Part shown: piece after piece, positions 20,601 through 32,600 of the stretch
Layout: the number at the start of each line of letters is the position of its first letter
Numbering within the stretch: the stretch's first letter is position 1
DNA from: Candidatus Omnitrophota bacterium
GTDB lineage: Bacteria > Omnitrophota > Gorgyraeia > Gygaellales > Profunditerraquicolaceae
Direction of reading: 5' to 3'
Length of the DNA stretch: 64,000 bases
NCBI GenBank assembly: GCA_030693145.1
Contig: JAUYBI010000071.1
Span: 10,354 to 74,353 of the forward strand
Program-made: the position numbers and the translations under genes
Notes under the pieces: model-generated
Databases searched by the model: none
What the model was told of the DNA's origin: nothing
The model's input: the letters and a program-made list of their open reading frames with translations, nothing else

Positions 20601-23600
20601 TTAATGATTTAAAGAAGTTAATCCTCATTCCTCAGTTCAAAAATCCGACAATTCCTGAATTAAATCAATTTATTAGCGCAATATTAAGGGATGGCTCTTG
20701 GCCTTCTGCGAGAGCAGAAGTTCTGGCCCCCAAGAGCACCCTTAATACAAATAATTATTCGCAGGATGGGGGATTATTCAAAAATGGCGATATTCTTAAA
20801 GAAATTAATGAATTAGTTAAAGTAATGGCTAAAGATATTGGTATAGAACGAATGAAAAAGGGAATCAATACTATAGAAGATACTATAGAAGACAAGTATT
20901 CCGAGCAGAATGAGGATATACAAACGATACTAACAGGAAAAGCAGTGGCGAAAATTATCGCAGATAAAGGGATTTTGTCTGTGGAGAATATTAATAAAGA
21001 AGGTTTAGAGATTGATGATGAATTTTGGGCTAAGTTGGAAACATATAAGAGGATATTGTCTGGGTTAAGTGATTCAGGATTGGACGCGGAGAAGAAAAAG
21101 GCTAAAGCTGGTGATAAGTTGGCTGGAAAGTTGGTTAGAATTATTGAAGGCATAAGAGGATTAACATATGAAGAAAAGATAGAGATAATAAAGGGAATGA
21201 TAAAAGATACACCATGGAAAGAAAGAATAAGAAAATTGATAAGTCTCTTGCCGTTAGAATTAAAAGAAGTTTTGATAAGAGAAGTGCCGGGTGAGGACAT
21301 GTCGAAGGTCGAGAGGGTTTTAGAGGAGCGTCCGTATAATGGGAATACTGAGCAAATATATAAAATTCTTGAAGAACTCAGAGAAGGACAGAAAAAAATT
21401 GTAGCGAAAGTAGATAGAAACGAAGCTAGGCTTGATGAAACTGAAGAGGCACTAGAAGATGTAAAACAAGAAGCAGGAGCAGCAAAACAAGAAGCAGTAA
21501 GAGTTAAAGAAGCAACTACGTTATTAGGTGCAGAGGTAGCTAAAACTAAGGCAATGGCGCTCGATGCACGTAGACATGCAGTAGGAACAGGGGATGATTG
21601 TTTGGTTGGCGCGGTTAAAGATCCAAATGTCAGAAGAGAAGCAGATAGAAATCTTCGCATAGAGGCTGGTGTTGATGAATTTGTTCCCTATGTGGTTAAG
21701 TATTTATATACTGGTATGAAGATAATCAGGCAAGATTATGATAAGTTTATTGAAAAATATAGGACTGAAGGGAACTGGAAGAAGGTAGAAACTTTAAAAC
21801 AGGAAAAATTGACCGTAGTGAAAGTAAGAGAAGAAAATAAAGCGATTGAATTGCTTTCAAAATATTCTGGAAGAATAAGCATAATAGTTCAAAAGTCTCA
21901 AGATCTACTGCATGTTTATCAGGTAACAGGTTATAACTCTGAGACTAGAATGATTTCATACTCTGAGGATAATGGAGAAGGCCATAATGTTGGATATGGA
22001 GAGATTGCTTTGGATGAAATCACTAAGATCTACGGCGAATATGTGTTTGTTTTAGAGGAAGGGGTAGTTAATGAGGCAGGATTAAAAGCAAATGTATTAA
22101 CTGAGAAAGAGCAGAAAGCAATTAAGAACGTTGGTGGAGCTGGTGTGGATGCCAACAACAATAACGGTAGCGTCACAAGCAACAGTGCAAGCAATAGCGT
22201 AAATAACAATACTGGTAATACAAATAGTAATAACAGCGATACTAATAGCAATGATAATACTAATAATGGCAATAGCAACAATGGCAACGGCAATACTGGC
22301 AATACAAATAACGGTAATGGTAACACTGGTAATACAAATAATGGCAAAGGTGGTAATGGCGCAGCAGGCAATGGGGTAGCTGGGGTTGCGGCGTCGCCTG
22401 CGGCTCCTCGCGGAGCAACCGGAACAGTAATAATAGGGAATGTGGAAGGTCTTTCTTCTGTTCTCAAAATAAGTAATGGCCTTAGCCCTCCGGAAGCTAT
22501 ATTCGTCGAACTTGCCAATACCTTCCGCAGTTTAGCTAACCAGTTAGAATCAAGATTGCTTCGCCCCTTCGGGGCTCGCAATGACACCCATAATACTAAT
22601 GACACTGCCGATCTTCGTAATGCAATAGATGTCCTTAATAATTCCGCCAGCGCCTCAGAGAATTTGTTTGGTTTGATGGATAAAGCAGTCCGCCGCGATG
22701 AGGACGATGTTATCACAGCTCTCCTTAAGAAACTCATGGGGGCGATTAAAACCCGCGGCCTCAAGGACCTGAATGGACGTTATTTCCGCGCCGCCCGCTT
22801 AATCGCGCACAGATACGGGCTTCCTTATTCTTCAATGGTCGAGCTTGCCGCCGCCTTTATGTTACTTAATGAAACAGATGATTTTATCCGAGCGCTAAAA
22901 GATGAGGCTGATGTGAGAGCTGAAGTATTAAAGGCTAAAGAAGGCGAGATTGCTTCGCTCACTGCGTTCGCTCGCAATGACGGGTTAGTGGTGACGAATA
23001 ATGCAGCAGCTTATGATTTATTGAATAATGTATTAGATATCTTGAATAATTCTGCAGCTAGATACGCATCAGACGGAGGGTTAGCAATAAATGCGATAAG
23101 GATTTGGCTTGAGGAGGTTCGGGCGGGCATAAGAAGCATAGTTGATATGGCGGCAAGCGTATTTAGGGTGATTAGCGGGTTCTTATTGCGAGTTGCGCAG
23201 CGTAGAGGTAATGACGCCTTACCGGATTCTAAGAGTTTGCCGGGCGAAAATAATAATGAAAACGCTTTCTTGCCGGCTCAAGATGGTAACTTAAAAAATA
23301 CTTTAGTTGAATTGGCAAGCCGCCTATTTGGTTCAGGCCGCGGATTAATCGCGGATTTACAAGGCGCAAAAGATGTTGATTCACAGAGAGTTGTGGATAC
23401 AAATAAACTTGTTTCAGCGATAATGGTTATAATCGGCACATCTTTGGTTATTATATCCCAGGCTCCTCCATTGGTTATGATTGCGTATTTAGTAATTGCA
23501 ATTAACCAATTAGCCACGGGAGGAGAAAATGTTAACGATTATAAAAATTCAAGAGATGAGAGAACAGATGGCGGAATTAGAAAACCAGTACCGCATTCGG

Positions 23601-26600
23601 CGTTTACAGGAATTCCGGCAGGCGGCAGCTTTGGAGATGCTGAATTTGAGAAGTATTTTAACAGAAAATCCGAACAATTAAGCCGTCTTTATATAGAATC
23701 AAATAATCCGGCCAAGCTTGGCGCACGCCTAGTGCGCGGCCAGTCTGCGCAGCTTGCAAATGCCCATCAAACCGACGGCGGCGCAAGAGAGCCTTTAGCA
23801 GGATTGGTAGAGGTTTTGAGAGTAAAAGATTTATTGGCTACAATTAAAGCCCGCGCGCAGAATGGAAAGAATCTTAATGGGCGTGTTTATGTTGGCGGTG
23901 TTTGTCGAGATAATATAGAACAAAGGCCACTACCGAAATTAAGATTACTGTTAAAGCAGCTAACAAAGTTCCTGACATTTTATCAATCTCCTTCCTTATC
24001 AGAATCTGGACGAATAAGCAAGCCCATTATTAACGAACCTAATAAACCTATAACAATTAAAACTTTAATTAGAATTGTAAGCTTAATAAAATCCGCTGCT
24101 ACTAATGCAGCAAGCAGAACTTTGGAAAAATCAAGTAAAGTTTGGGAAAGGGCTTTAAGTTTACTTTTAGAAAGAAACATCATCACAATCTTTCTATCAT
24201 ATATTAATAATTCTGTCAATACTATAAATTTTGGCACTAAAAAGAGACAGGGCCAGGAAACGGTTAAATACCAAGCCTGCGACGGCGGCGCATTTAGCAG
24301 GATGGGTTCATTCCCTGTAGGTTTACCATTTACAAGGTCCACAACGCTTCCCGTAGAACTACCTATTTCTTTACCGGTTTCTCAGGATGGTGGGAATAAT
24401 GTTAATTTAACTAAATTGGCAGCACAGGCATTCAGTTTAGATCATCGCGGTTTCATTGTTTCTGTAAGAAGAGTCTTAGGCGGTATTTCCAAATCTGAAG
24501 TAAAAGATGCTCAATCGCTACCGATAGCCCAGACAAACATTAAGAAGTCAATTTTCTCATTAGCTCCTCCGGTTAATGGCTTGATTTCGCGTTTGGTAAG
24601 CGTAATTAACCAATTAGCCACGGGAGGACAAAATGATAAGCATAGACAGAATTCAGGAGATGAGAGAGCAGATGGCAGAGCTGGAAAATCAGTACCGAAT
24701 CCGAAGATTGCAGGAATTCAGGACGGCGGCAGCAGTGGAAATGTTGAATTTAAGGAGTATTTTAACAGAAAACCCGAACAATTAACCAGCCGTCTTTATA
24801 TAGAATTAAAAAATCTAGCTAATCTTGACGCATACTCTGGGCTTAGTCCGCCTGCGCAGCTTGTAATTGCCTTAATAGCTGCAGTGGTATTTGGCCTTTC
24901 CGCTTTAACCCATCAAACCGTAATAAATTCCATATATTCCACTTTAAAATCCAGGGGACGGTTCTGTTTTTTACCATTAAGTTCAGAAAACAGAACCGTC
25001 CCCGTGTTTTTGATATTAACTTTAACCACTACTTCACAAAAAGGAGGTGAATCATGTCACCCATTAAGCTCGAAGGCATCAGGATCCACCACATCATTGA
25101 CTCCACAAAAGATTATTCAACTTTTGCTGCAGCTCGTGAACACGGTAGTAACAAGATTAGGATCTTCCTGGTTAAAGATTCAGGCTCTGTCTATGCGCAT
25201 ACTGGACAGGAAGACACATGGAAGGAGATTGTCGGATCGGTCGCCGCCTACATCAGGTATTCCATCAGCCAAGCCCGACAATATGTTCCCGTCTACAAAG
25301 TCAATACAGCCTACGCTACAAACTAAAGCCGGTTTCTACGCTGCAACAAAGAATATTGTGATTTCTATTATCGCGTTGTTCTTTGTTGCGGCGCAGCCGG
25401 CAGCTGCGGCGGAAGGCTCGAAATTATCAGAGATGGTTCTTTTTGGAGGGGCTATATTTTTAATAGCAGCAATAATATTCGGTTTATTCCTCGCGTTTTC
25501 GATAAAGATGGGTATTCAAAAAGCAGAAAAAGCTATTGAAGAATATGGGAATAATACCCGGAGGATCGAAGATAGTGTTATAGCTAACCAAGTGATTGAA
25601 GCTTCAGCGATACATATAGAATCTACAGCAACGTTAAAATCTCCTCCGAATGCGTTATGGGTTTTAGAAAAGCTAACTTATCTTGGATCCGGAATTATTA
25701 CTCTATATTTTCCGATCTTTGGATTCATTAGGTTATCCTCTTGGATGATTGGTATCGGATATGTTTTCCTTATAGTGGGCGGTATAATAATTATACATCA
25801 TCTTGGTATGATGAAGAATAAAGCTAAAGGCATGAAAGTAGCGGGAGAAAGAACTCCTGCACAGATAGTTACAAATAATGGCCTTTATAGATGGATTCGC
25901 CATCCGCTTTATTTAGGGCAAATGATATCAGTAATTGGGTTTGTTTTAGCCTACACTAATTTATTTGCTTTACCTTTAAATATAATTTGGTTCTATTTAG
26001 TGAATAAATTGGCTTCTGCGGAAGAGGATTATTTGGTTAGCGTGGCTCCTGGTTATGCGGGTTATAAGCAACGGACAGGTAAATATATATATATACCAGG
26101 GTTTTTAGCAAAAAATAACGATAGTGAAAAAGAAGCAGTAAATAGTGATAATCTGTTTGATGGAGGGACTCTTATCGCTTTGGAAGCGGTATTAAGCGTT
26201 ATAATAATAGATCAACTTCTAAAATATATTGCCACCAAACGTTTACTTCCGCATTCTGAATATATTGATAAGGGTTTGAACTCTGATGGTTCATATCGCA
26301 GTAGAGGAACGACCGAAATTTATTATAATGAAGAGGCAAAAATTAAACTAATTGGACGGCTTGCACTTGTTAATGTAAGGCATAGTTCTGGCTCAAAAAC
26401 AGATAATATCGCCGTTGTTAAAATTGGTATTCTTGCTTCTTTGTTTGTGTTGTACGGCGCCTATTTTTCTGGTAACACTGCCTTGACTGTAATTTTTGTT
26501 TTAGCTGCTGGGGGATTCTTCGCTACCATCGTTGATATAATTAAATCAAAGTTTAGAGGAGCAATAGATCCGTTTATGTATGGAGGTACCTTTAATAATG

Positions 26601-29600
26601 AGCGGAGATTCGTTTTCTTCAATTTCGCAGATATATGTGTACTTACAGGATTGTTTCGCGCAGATTCCGGGGACGCATTACTTAATTTAAAAGTTGGCTC
26701 ACGGCGCGACGGCGGCAGGGTTCAGGGGGTGTTTGCGGTTTTAGGTGTTGGCGCATTAGGTGTGTTTTTCTTAATTTCCAGCTTGAAAGATTTAATTCTG
26801 ACAGTTTCTGGCGTAAACGGCATTAGCTTGGTATGGGTGGCATTAAAGCTGTTAATGGGCAGCAGCCTTATTTTCTCCAGCTATTCGTTAAATTATCTTA
26901 GGTTAGAGGCGGCAAAAGTAAATGGGCTTGTAACAAAGGGGCCATACAGTTTCTCAAGAACTCCTGTTTACTTGGGGTATATTTTAGCCGGTACTGGTTT
27001 TGCGTTTAGTTTAATTCTCTCCGGGGAGTTATATTCAGTATATTTTGCGGCTAATTCCGCGGCTATAATATATTTATATTTGGGAGTTTATAATGAAGAG
27101 AAAACGCTCGCGAAACAATTTGGAGAAGAGTATAGAAATTATCAAAATTCCGTTCCGAGATGGTTTGCGTTTAAGTTATTTTGGAAGGTGATAGTAAAAA
27201 AAGCTGATATTGACAGCCACCGGTTAACACAAAAAGACGGCGGCGCAGGGGCGTCGATAATTGAAAAGTTGTTAAATGCAATTAAACCCCGCGCGGAGAA
27301 TCTTTATTTGATTGCTTCGAGGTGGGATAATCTTAAATCTATTTCTTCTACTTTCCGCTCTACTTTTATCAATCTTAAATCTATTTCTTCTACTTTCCGC
27401 TCTACTTTTATCAAGCGTAAACCTATTTCAGCAACTTTCTCCCACGTTCTGGCTATGGTAGTTTCAATTCCGTCAATTCTTCTATTAATTGATTTTAGCT
27501 CTTCGCCAAATACCCTAAACTGGCTTCTTAGATCTTCAATGAGCACCGCCACTTCTCCCGCGGTCATTGTGGTTTTATTTTTAGCATTCTTATCCATAGC
27601 AGTAATTATAAGCGACAGAGTGAATTCTGTCAAGAATAATAATTTTACCCTTGAAATTAAGCGCTCTTATGCGATTAATCCAGCCCGCGACGGCGGCACA
27701 GGGACGATGTTACAGAATAAAATTGCAGCTACAAATATGGAACCAGAGGTTAAGCTTATGTTAACACGCAGGGGTTTCTTGGAAATTGGCGCTGGTATTG
27801 TTGGCTTGGGATTAAATCCGGGAATAGGGGGCATTAAAGAATTAGCAAATAAGTTTGCTGGTTTATTGAAAGGCGAAGAAATAGTTGATTTAAATAATCT
27901 TTCTGTTGACAGAGAGGCGTTAAAGCAACACGTAACAAAATTGGCTAATATCGGTACAAGAGCAGCCTATTTTAGAAATACAACTAATATTAACAAGGCT
28001 AAAGATTATATTGTTGGTTGTTTAGAGAAACTGGGATTACAAAGAATACATAATCCAATAGGGAAAGGATATATTTTACAGCAGTTTACAATGCAAGAGA
28101 TTTATGTTTATCCTAGAGACGATTATCCTTATTTAGACTATGAGTTAAAGTCATTAAGAAATCAAGAAAACATATCGTCTGAACAAACATCAGATCAATT
28201 GCTTTCCGTAAAGATAATGTCGTCACTGAAAACATTGCTATCGTTTTTACAAATCCGAAAAGAGGATAAATCACTTTTTGAGCTAAATATGACCATGCTG
28301 AAAGAGGCTGGTATCAAAGTTCCTGGACCATATGGTCCGGTAAAAGTACTTAAGAATGATTTAATCGTTGAGGGCACAAATATTATTGTTAGAATACCCG
28401 GAAGTAAGAATCCTGATAAGAAAGTTATTCTGGGTGCTCATTATGATTGTTTCAAAGGTGTTGGCGCTAATGATAATGCAACCGGGGTTGCTTGTCTTTT
28501 GGAGGCAGCAAGGATTATTTCGAAGTTTAATTTTGACGATACAATAGAGATTATTTTCTTTACCGCAGAAGAGGACGATAGTTTAGGGAGCAGTTTTTAT
28601 TTAAAAGAATTATTTGAAGAAGAAAAGGCCAATATAAAAGGGGTATTTATTGTTGATATGATTGGTAATAATAAAGGAAAAGATGAGCCTGAAGGGGAGG
28701 AAGATCTTAATTTACTGTATGATAGATATAATCCGGAAATATCTAAAAAGCTAATTGAAGAGACTGTAGAAGCTATACAGAAACACGTTTCGGATTTTTC
28801 AGTAACGGCTAATGAAGATGAGGGTTATGATAGTGACGATGACCCATTCCAAAGTGAAAGAATACCTACGATATTGTTTAGCGAAGATACCGGTGAAGAG
28901 CTTACAACTCAGAATGAGTTTTTTAACGGGGCGCAAGACACAATAGAGCATATAGATTTTGAAGGGTTTTTCCCCAAAGCAGTAAAAGCGGTTATAGTTT
29001 CCGTTATCGTACAAAGTAACTCTAATAAAGACGGCGGCGTAATTGGTTCTGCTATTATATTACTGGTTCCTGGCATTTGGAACTCAATGTATATGCAGTT
29101 GATAGGGGTGAATAGGCCTGGCATAGACCGCATCCTGTATGAAACCGGCCCGCCGGAAATTAAGATTGGAGTTATCAAATATTTATTTAATAGATTTAGC
29201 CCTGGCTCAACCAGTGTTTCTCAGCCTACCGTGGCAGGTATTTCCTTTAAAGCCCGCGCGGAGAATCTTTATTTGATTGCTTCGAGGTGGGTTAGCCGTT
29301 TACTGAAATCTTCTTTGATAATTCGTACGTCTTCTTCTATCTTAGCAAGTTTACCGTTCATTCTGGTTAAATCGTCTTTTATCCCCGCTGTCCTTATATT
29401 TAGCGTAGTAATATCTTCCCTGCTCTTTGCCACCATACCCATTGTGCTGTCTAATTTGTCTCTAAGCGCATCTTGGCCTTCACCGAGAAGCTCAATCCCT
29501 GAATGGACCTTTTCGAGGATTACCGCAAATTCCCGATCTTTATCAAATTCTTTGAGTTTCTTTGTCTCTTTCTTCATGCTAAGCAATTCCGGGAACACAT

Positions 29601-32600
29601 TACTTAATTCCCAGCGCGGCGGCGGCGCAGTTTTTATTCTTTTCGGTGTTTATGATGCGTTAGACGGTCAATACAAAACCAAACACCAAAAATCAGCACA
29701 ATTAATAATAGGGTTACTACCGCAGTCATTTCTATTATTTAGTATGATGAGAGTGAAGATGGCGGGGAATCGTGAAAATCCCGATAAGAATAATAAAAAT
29801 CAAACCACCAATCAACATAAACAGCAAACCGTTCATAATTATTCAACTCCTTTATTAAGCATAGTGGCAATGATAAAGGCTGCCATAAAAAACATCAAAC
29901 CTACCATAAATACACTAAGACGAAATTCAATTCCTGAGACGAATTGTCCGATTACTAACGCCGCAAATACTAATTTACCTATATCGTACAAAGATTTAGA
30001 CAATTCCTTTCAATTCTTTCTTATAAAAGATTCTGGGATAAGCAGATCTATTAACAAAGCCAAGAAAGATTCAATGGCGGATAGGGTGATGTTTGCGGGG
30101 GGTAGTAAAGAAGATACCCAAAAGCGCAATAATTATTATTATCAGGAACGTGAAAATCAAGATCATTTATCCTCCGAATTTTTCAATAGCGTTAGAGCCC
30201 AAAACACCAATATCACAGTAACACCCATCCCTAATATGATAGTTAATAATTTAATAAAGAGTTTTTCCCCTGAGAATATGGGATTTAGTATTACAACAGC
30301 AATTAGTAATTTACTTACATCAAATAGAGTTTTTGCTAATTCTTTGGATTGGTTCTCATTTAGCCGCATAGTTAAATATATACTACTAGAAGAGATTGTT
30401 GTCAAGCCAAATTATTTTATAGTAGCAAACGATGGATCTGCGACCGACGGCGGCATACTTAGTTCTGCTATTGTATTAGCGGCTCCGGGTGTTTGGAACT
30501 CAATTTATATGCATTCGATAGAAGGGATCAGGACTGGCGTAGACCTTTTATTATATGAAACCAGTCCGCCGTATACTGTTATTCTTCCTGATGTTTTCCT
30601 CCCAATAGTTTTCGTCTTATTATTATCCGTAATAACAAATTCTAAACTAAATTCAGCAAGATTTAGCCCTGGCTCAACCAGTGTTTCTCAGCCTACCGTG
30701 GCAGGTTGGTTTGTGTTGGCCGGGGCTATTTTATTTGTTACCCAGCCGCTGCTTACCTTAGGGATACTTACCGTGGCAGGTATCTCCTTAATTGGTGCGG
30801 CTATTGTTGTATATGGGGGCTTCGCAGGCATTATTCCTGCCGGGGCCCCCATTGCAACAAGAAAGGGCAGCGTTCCCGCGGTTGCGGATGGGGGAAGAAA
30901 AGTAAATATTGATAAAGTTACGATGACAGGCGATTGGCGGAGCTCAATAGCTAGAGTAGAAGAAATACTTAAATTGGTGGAAGATGCTTGTTATCGCGTA
31001 ATTATGGTAAAACAAGGGAAAGTCGATGCTGATACGATAATAAAGATAAGAGAGAATTACAAGGGAAGAAAACGGGATACAGCTATAGATATGAAGCTGG
31101 GTAAGATAATAATAAATGATAATAGAGAAACATTGCGTATATATAATATTCTGAGTAAACAGCAAAAATTTGTGGATATTTTTAATATTTCTATTAAAGA
31201 AGATGTCCGCGGAGCGGCAGCTCAAACATTTGGAAACCTGGCAAAGGAATTAAATATTCCACTTGAAAAGATCTCAGAAGGGTTGATGGAAAAAGGTGTA
31301 AAATCAGGAGAGTTTGAAACAGCCTTTGTTTTGTTAGAAGAGGCAAAAGACAAAATATTTATCGCGGTACAGGAGATATTAAATATCGATATCAATGAAG
31401 AAGGAGTATATAGCATTGGAAATGAAGGTGATTTTATAGATGCCCAAGGCAGACGCATAGATTTATCTGACTATAAAGTTGTAAGCCATATTCATTATCA
31501 TCCCGGAAGAAAAGACGGATATCCTGTTCCGTCAGCGTTTGATTTGGGTTTATATACGCAGCTATTGTTTAGTAATAATGAATTTATAGGCATTGTTTTT
31601 GGCAACGATACTCAAGATAAGCTTATATCCAAGGCGTTTGTCTTAAAAGACGGCAGAGACCTGGGAAAGTTAAAGCTCGACATAGAGAATTTGCTAGAGG
31701 AGAGGCAACTCTTGGAAGAAAAAGGCGTAACGGAAGCTAACCGTAAAATATTTATTGGTATGTTTGAAATTTTTATCAATGAATATTTCCGCATAATTCA
31801 AACCGAAGATTTTAAGATAAACGAAAATTGCGGAAAAGAAGCCGACGGTGGAGAAATAATAGACCCAGGCACTTATGAAACGGCTCGGAAGATAAACTGG
31901 AATGAATGGTTTTTAAAATATGACGCGGTATTTTTCCTTAATATAGTGACGTTGTTTACCCCTAGGGATGCTAAGGCAATAAGCAAGACTATAGAAAAAC
32001 TTAAGGAATTAAGAAAAATTAATCCCGGTAAGTTTAAAACAGCGTTAGAAGAAAACAAAGATTATATAAGGGGTAAGATTCTTAACAATATGAGGAGTGT
32101 TGCCAAACAGGTAACACATACAGAAGAATGGCTTTTTGGTGACGTGGACGCATTATCATACGATAAATTGGATATGTTAATGGAAGTCTTTCCAGAAGCA
32201 TTTATAGAAGCAACAGAAGAAAGAACCAATAGCGAATTAGTTGGAAACTTTAAACTTGCGACTAAAGGTAAAGAGCTTATGCATAAGGCAACAAATTCTA
32301 TGGGGCAAAGACTATTGGAGCAAGAAAATAAAAATGTAAGATATTTATTGGCTACCTTATTCACAGAGGGCATGGATAAAAAAGAAGAGCTAGATAACAT
32401 TAGAGAAACAATAGCCGCTCTTAGTAGAGCGGATATAGAGGACAATATTTTTGTCTACTTATCTTTATTAATAAATACAAATGTAAATAAAGAGTTAGCC
32501 CCGAAGGTCGCCAGAGCAATAGAAGGTTTCTTAGCCGAGAGGGGGATAAAAGGTAATATTAATCCGGATAGTTTAGTAGCAGAATATAGCAAAATAATAG

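Noticed and set aside
20755-22764. Long minus-strand ORFs (301 aa and 244 aa) and many others on the minus strand between 20 and 63 kb (for example 48517-49083, 52039-52653, 62341-62973)
   Set aside because: Their products are S/L/F/P-rich low-complexity sequences and they lie antisense to clearly genuine + strand domains. They are typical shadow ORFs of a long coding region. The minus-strand ORFs I do consider possibly real, at 23.8-24.4 kb and 27.3-30.4 kb, are listed separately because they have SD sequences, coupling and paralogy.
29025-30710. Inverted-repeat-bounded invertible segment (shufflon-like) explaining minus-strand genes inside the giant ORF
   Set aside because: All long repeats I found here are direct, not inverted (29192-29239 / 30659-30706; 27288-27326 / 29253-29291; 23500-23700 / 24605-24808). 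No support for simple inversion. Kept only as an untested idea.
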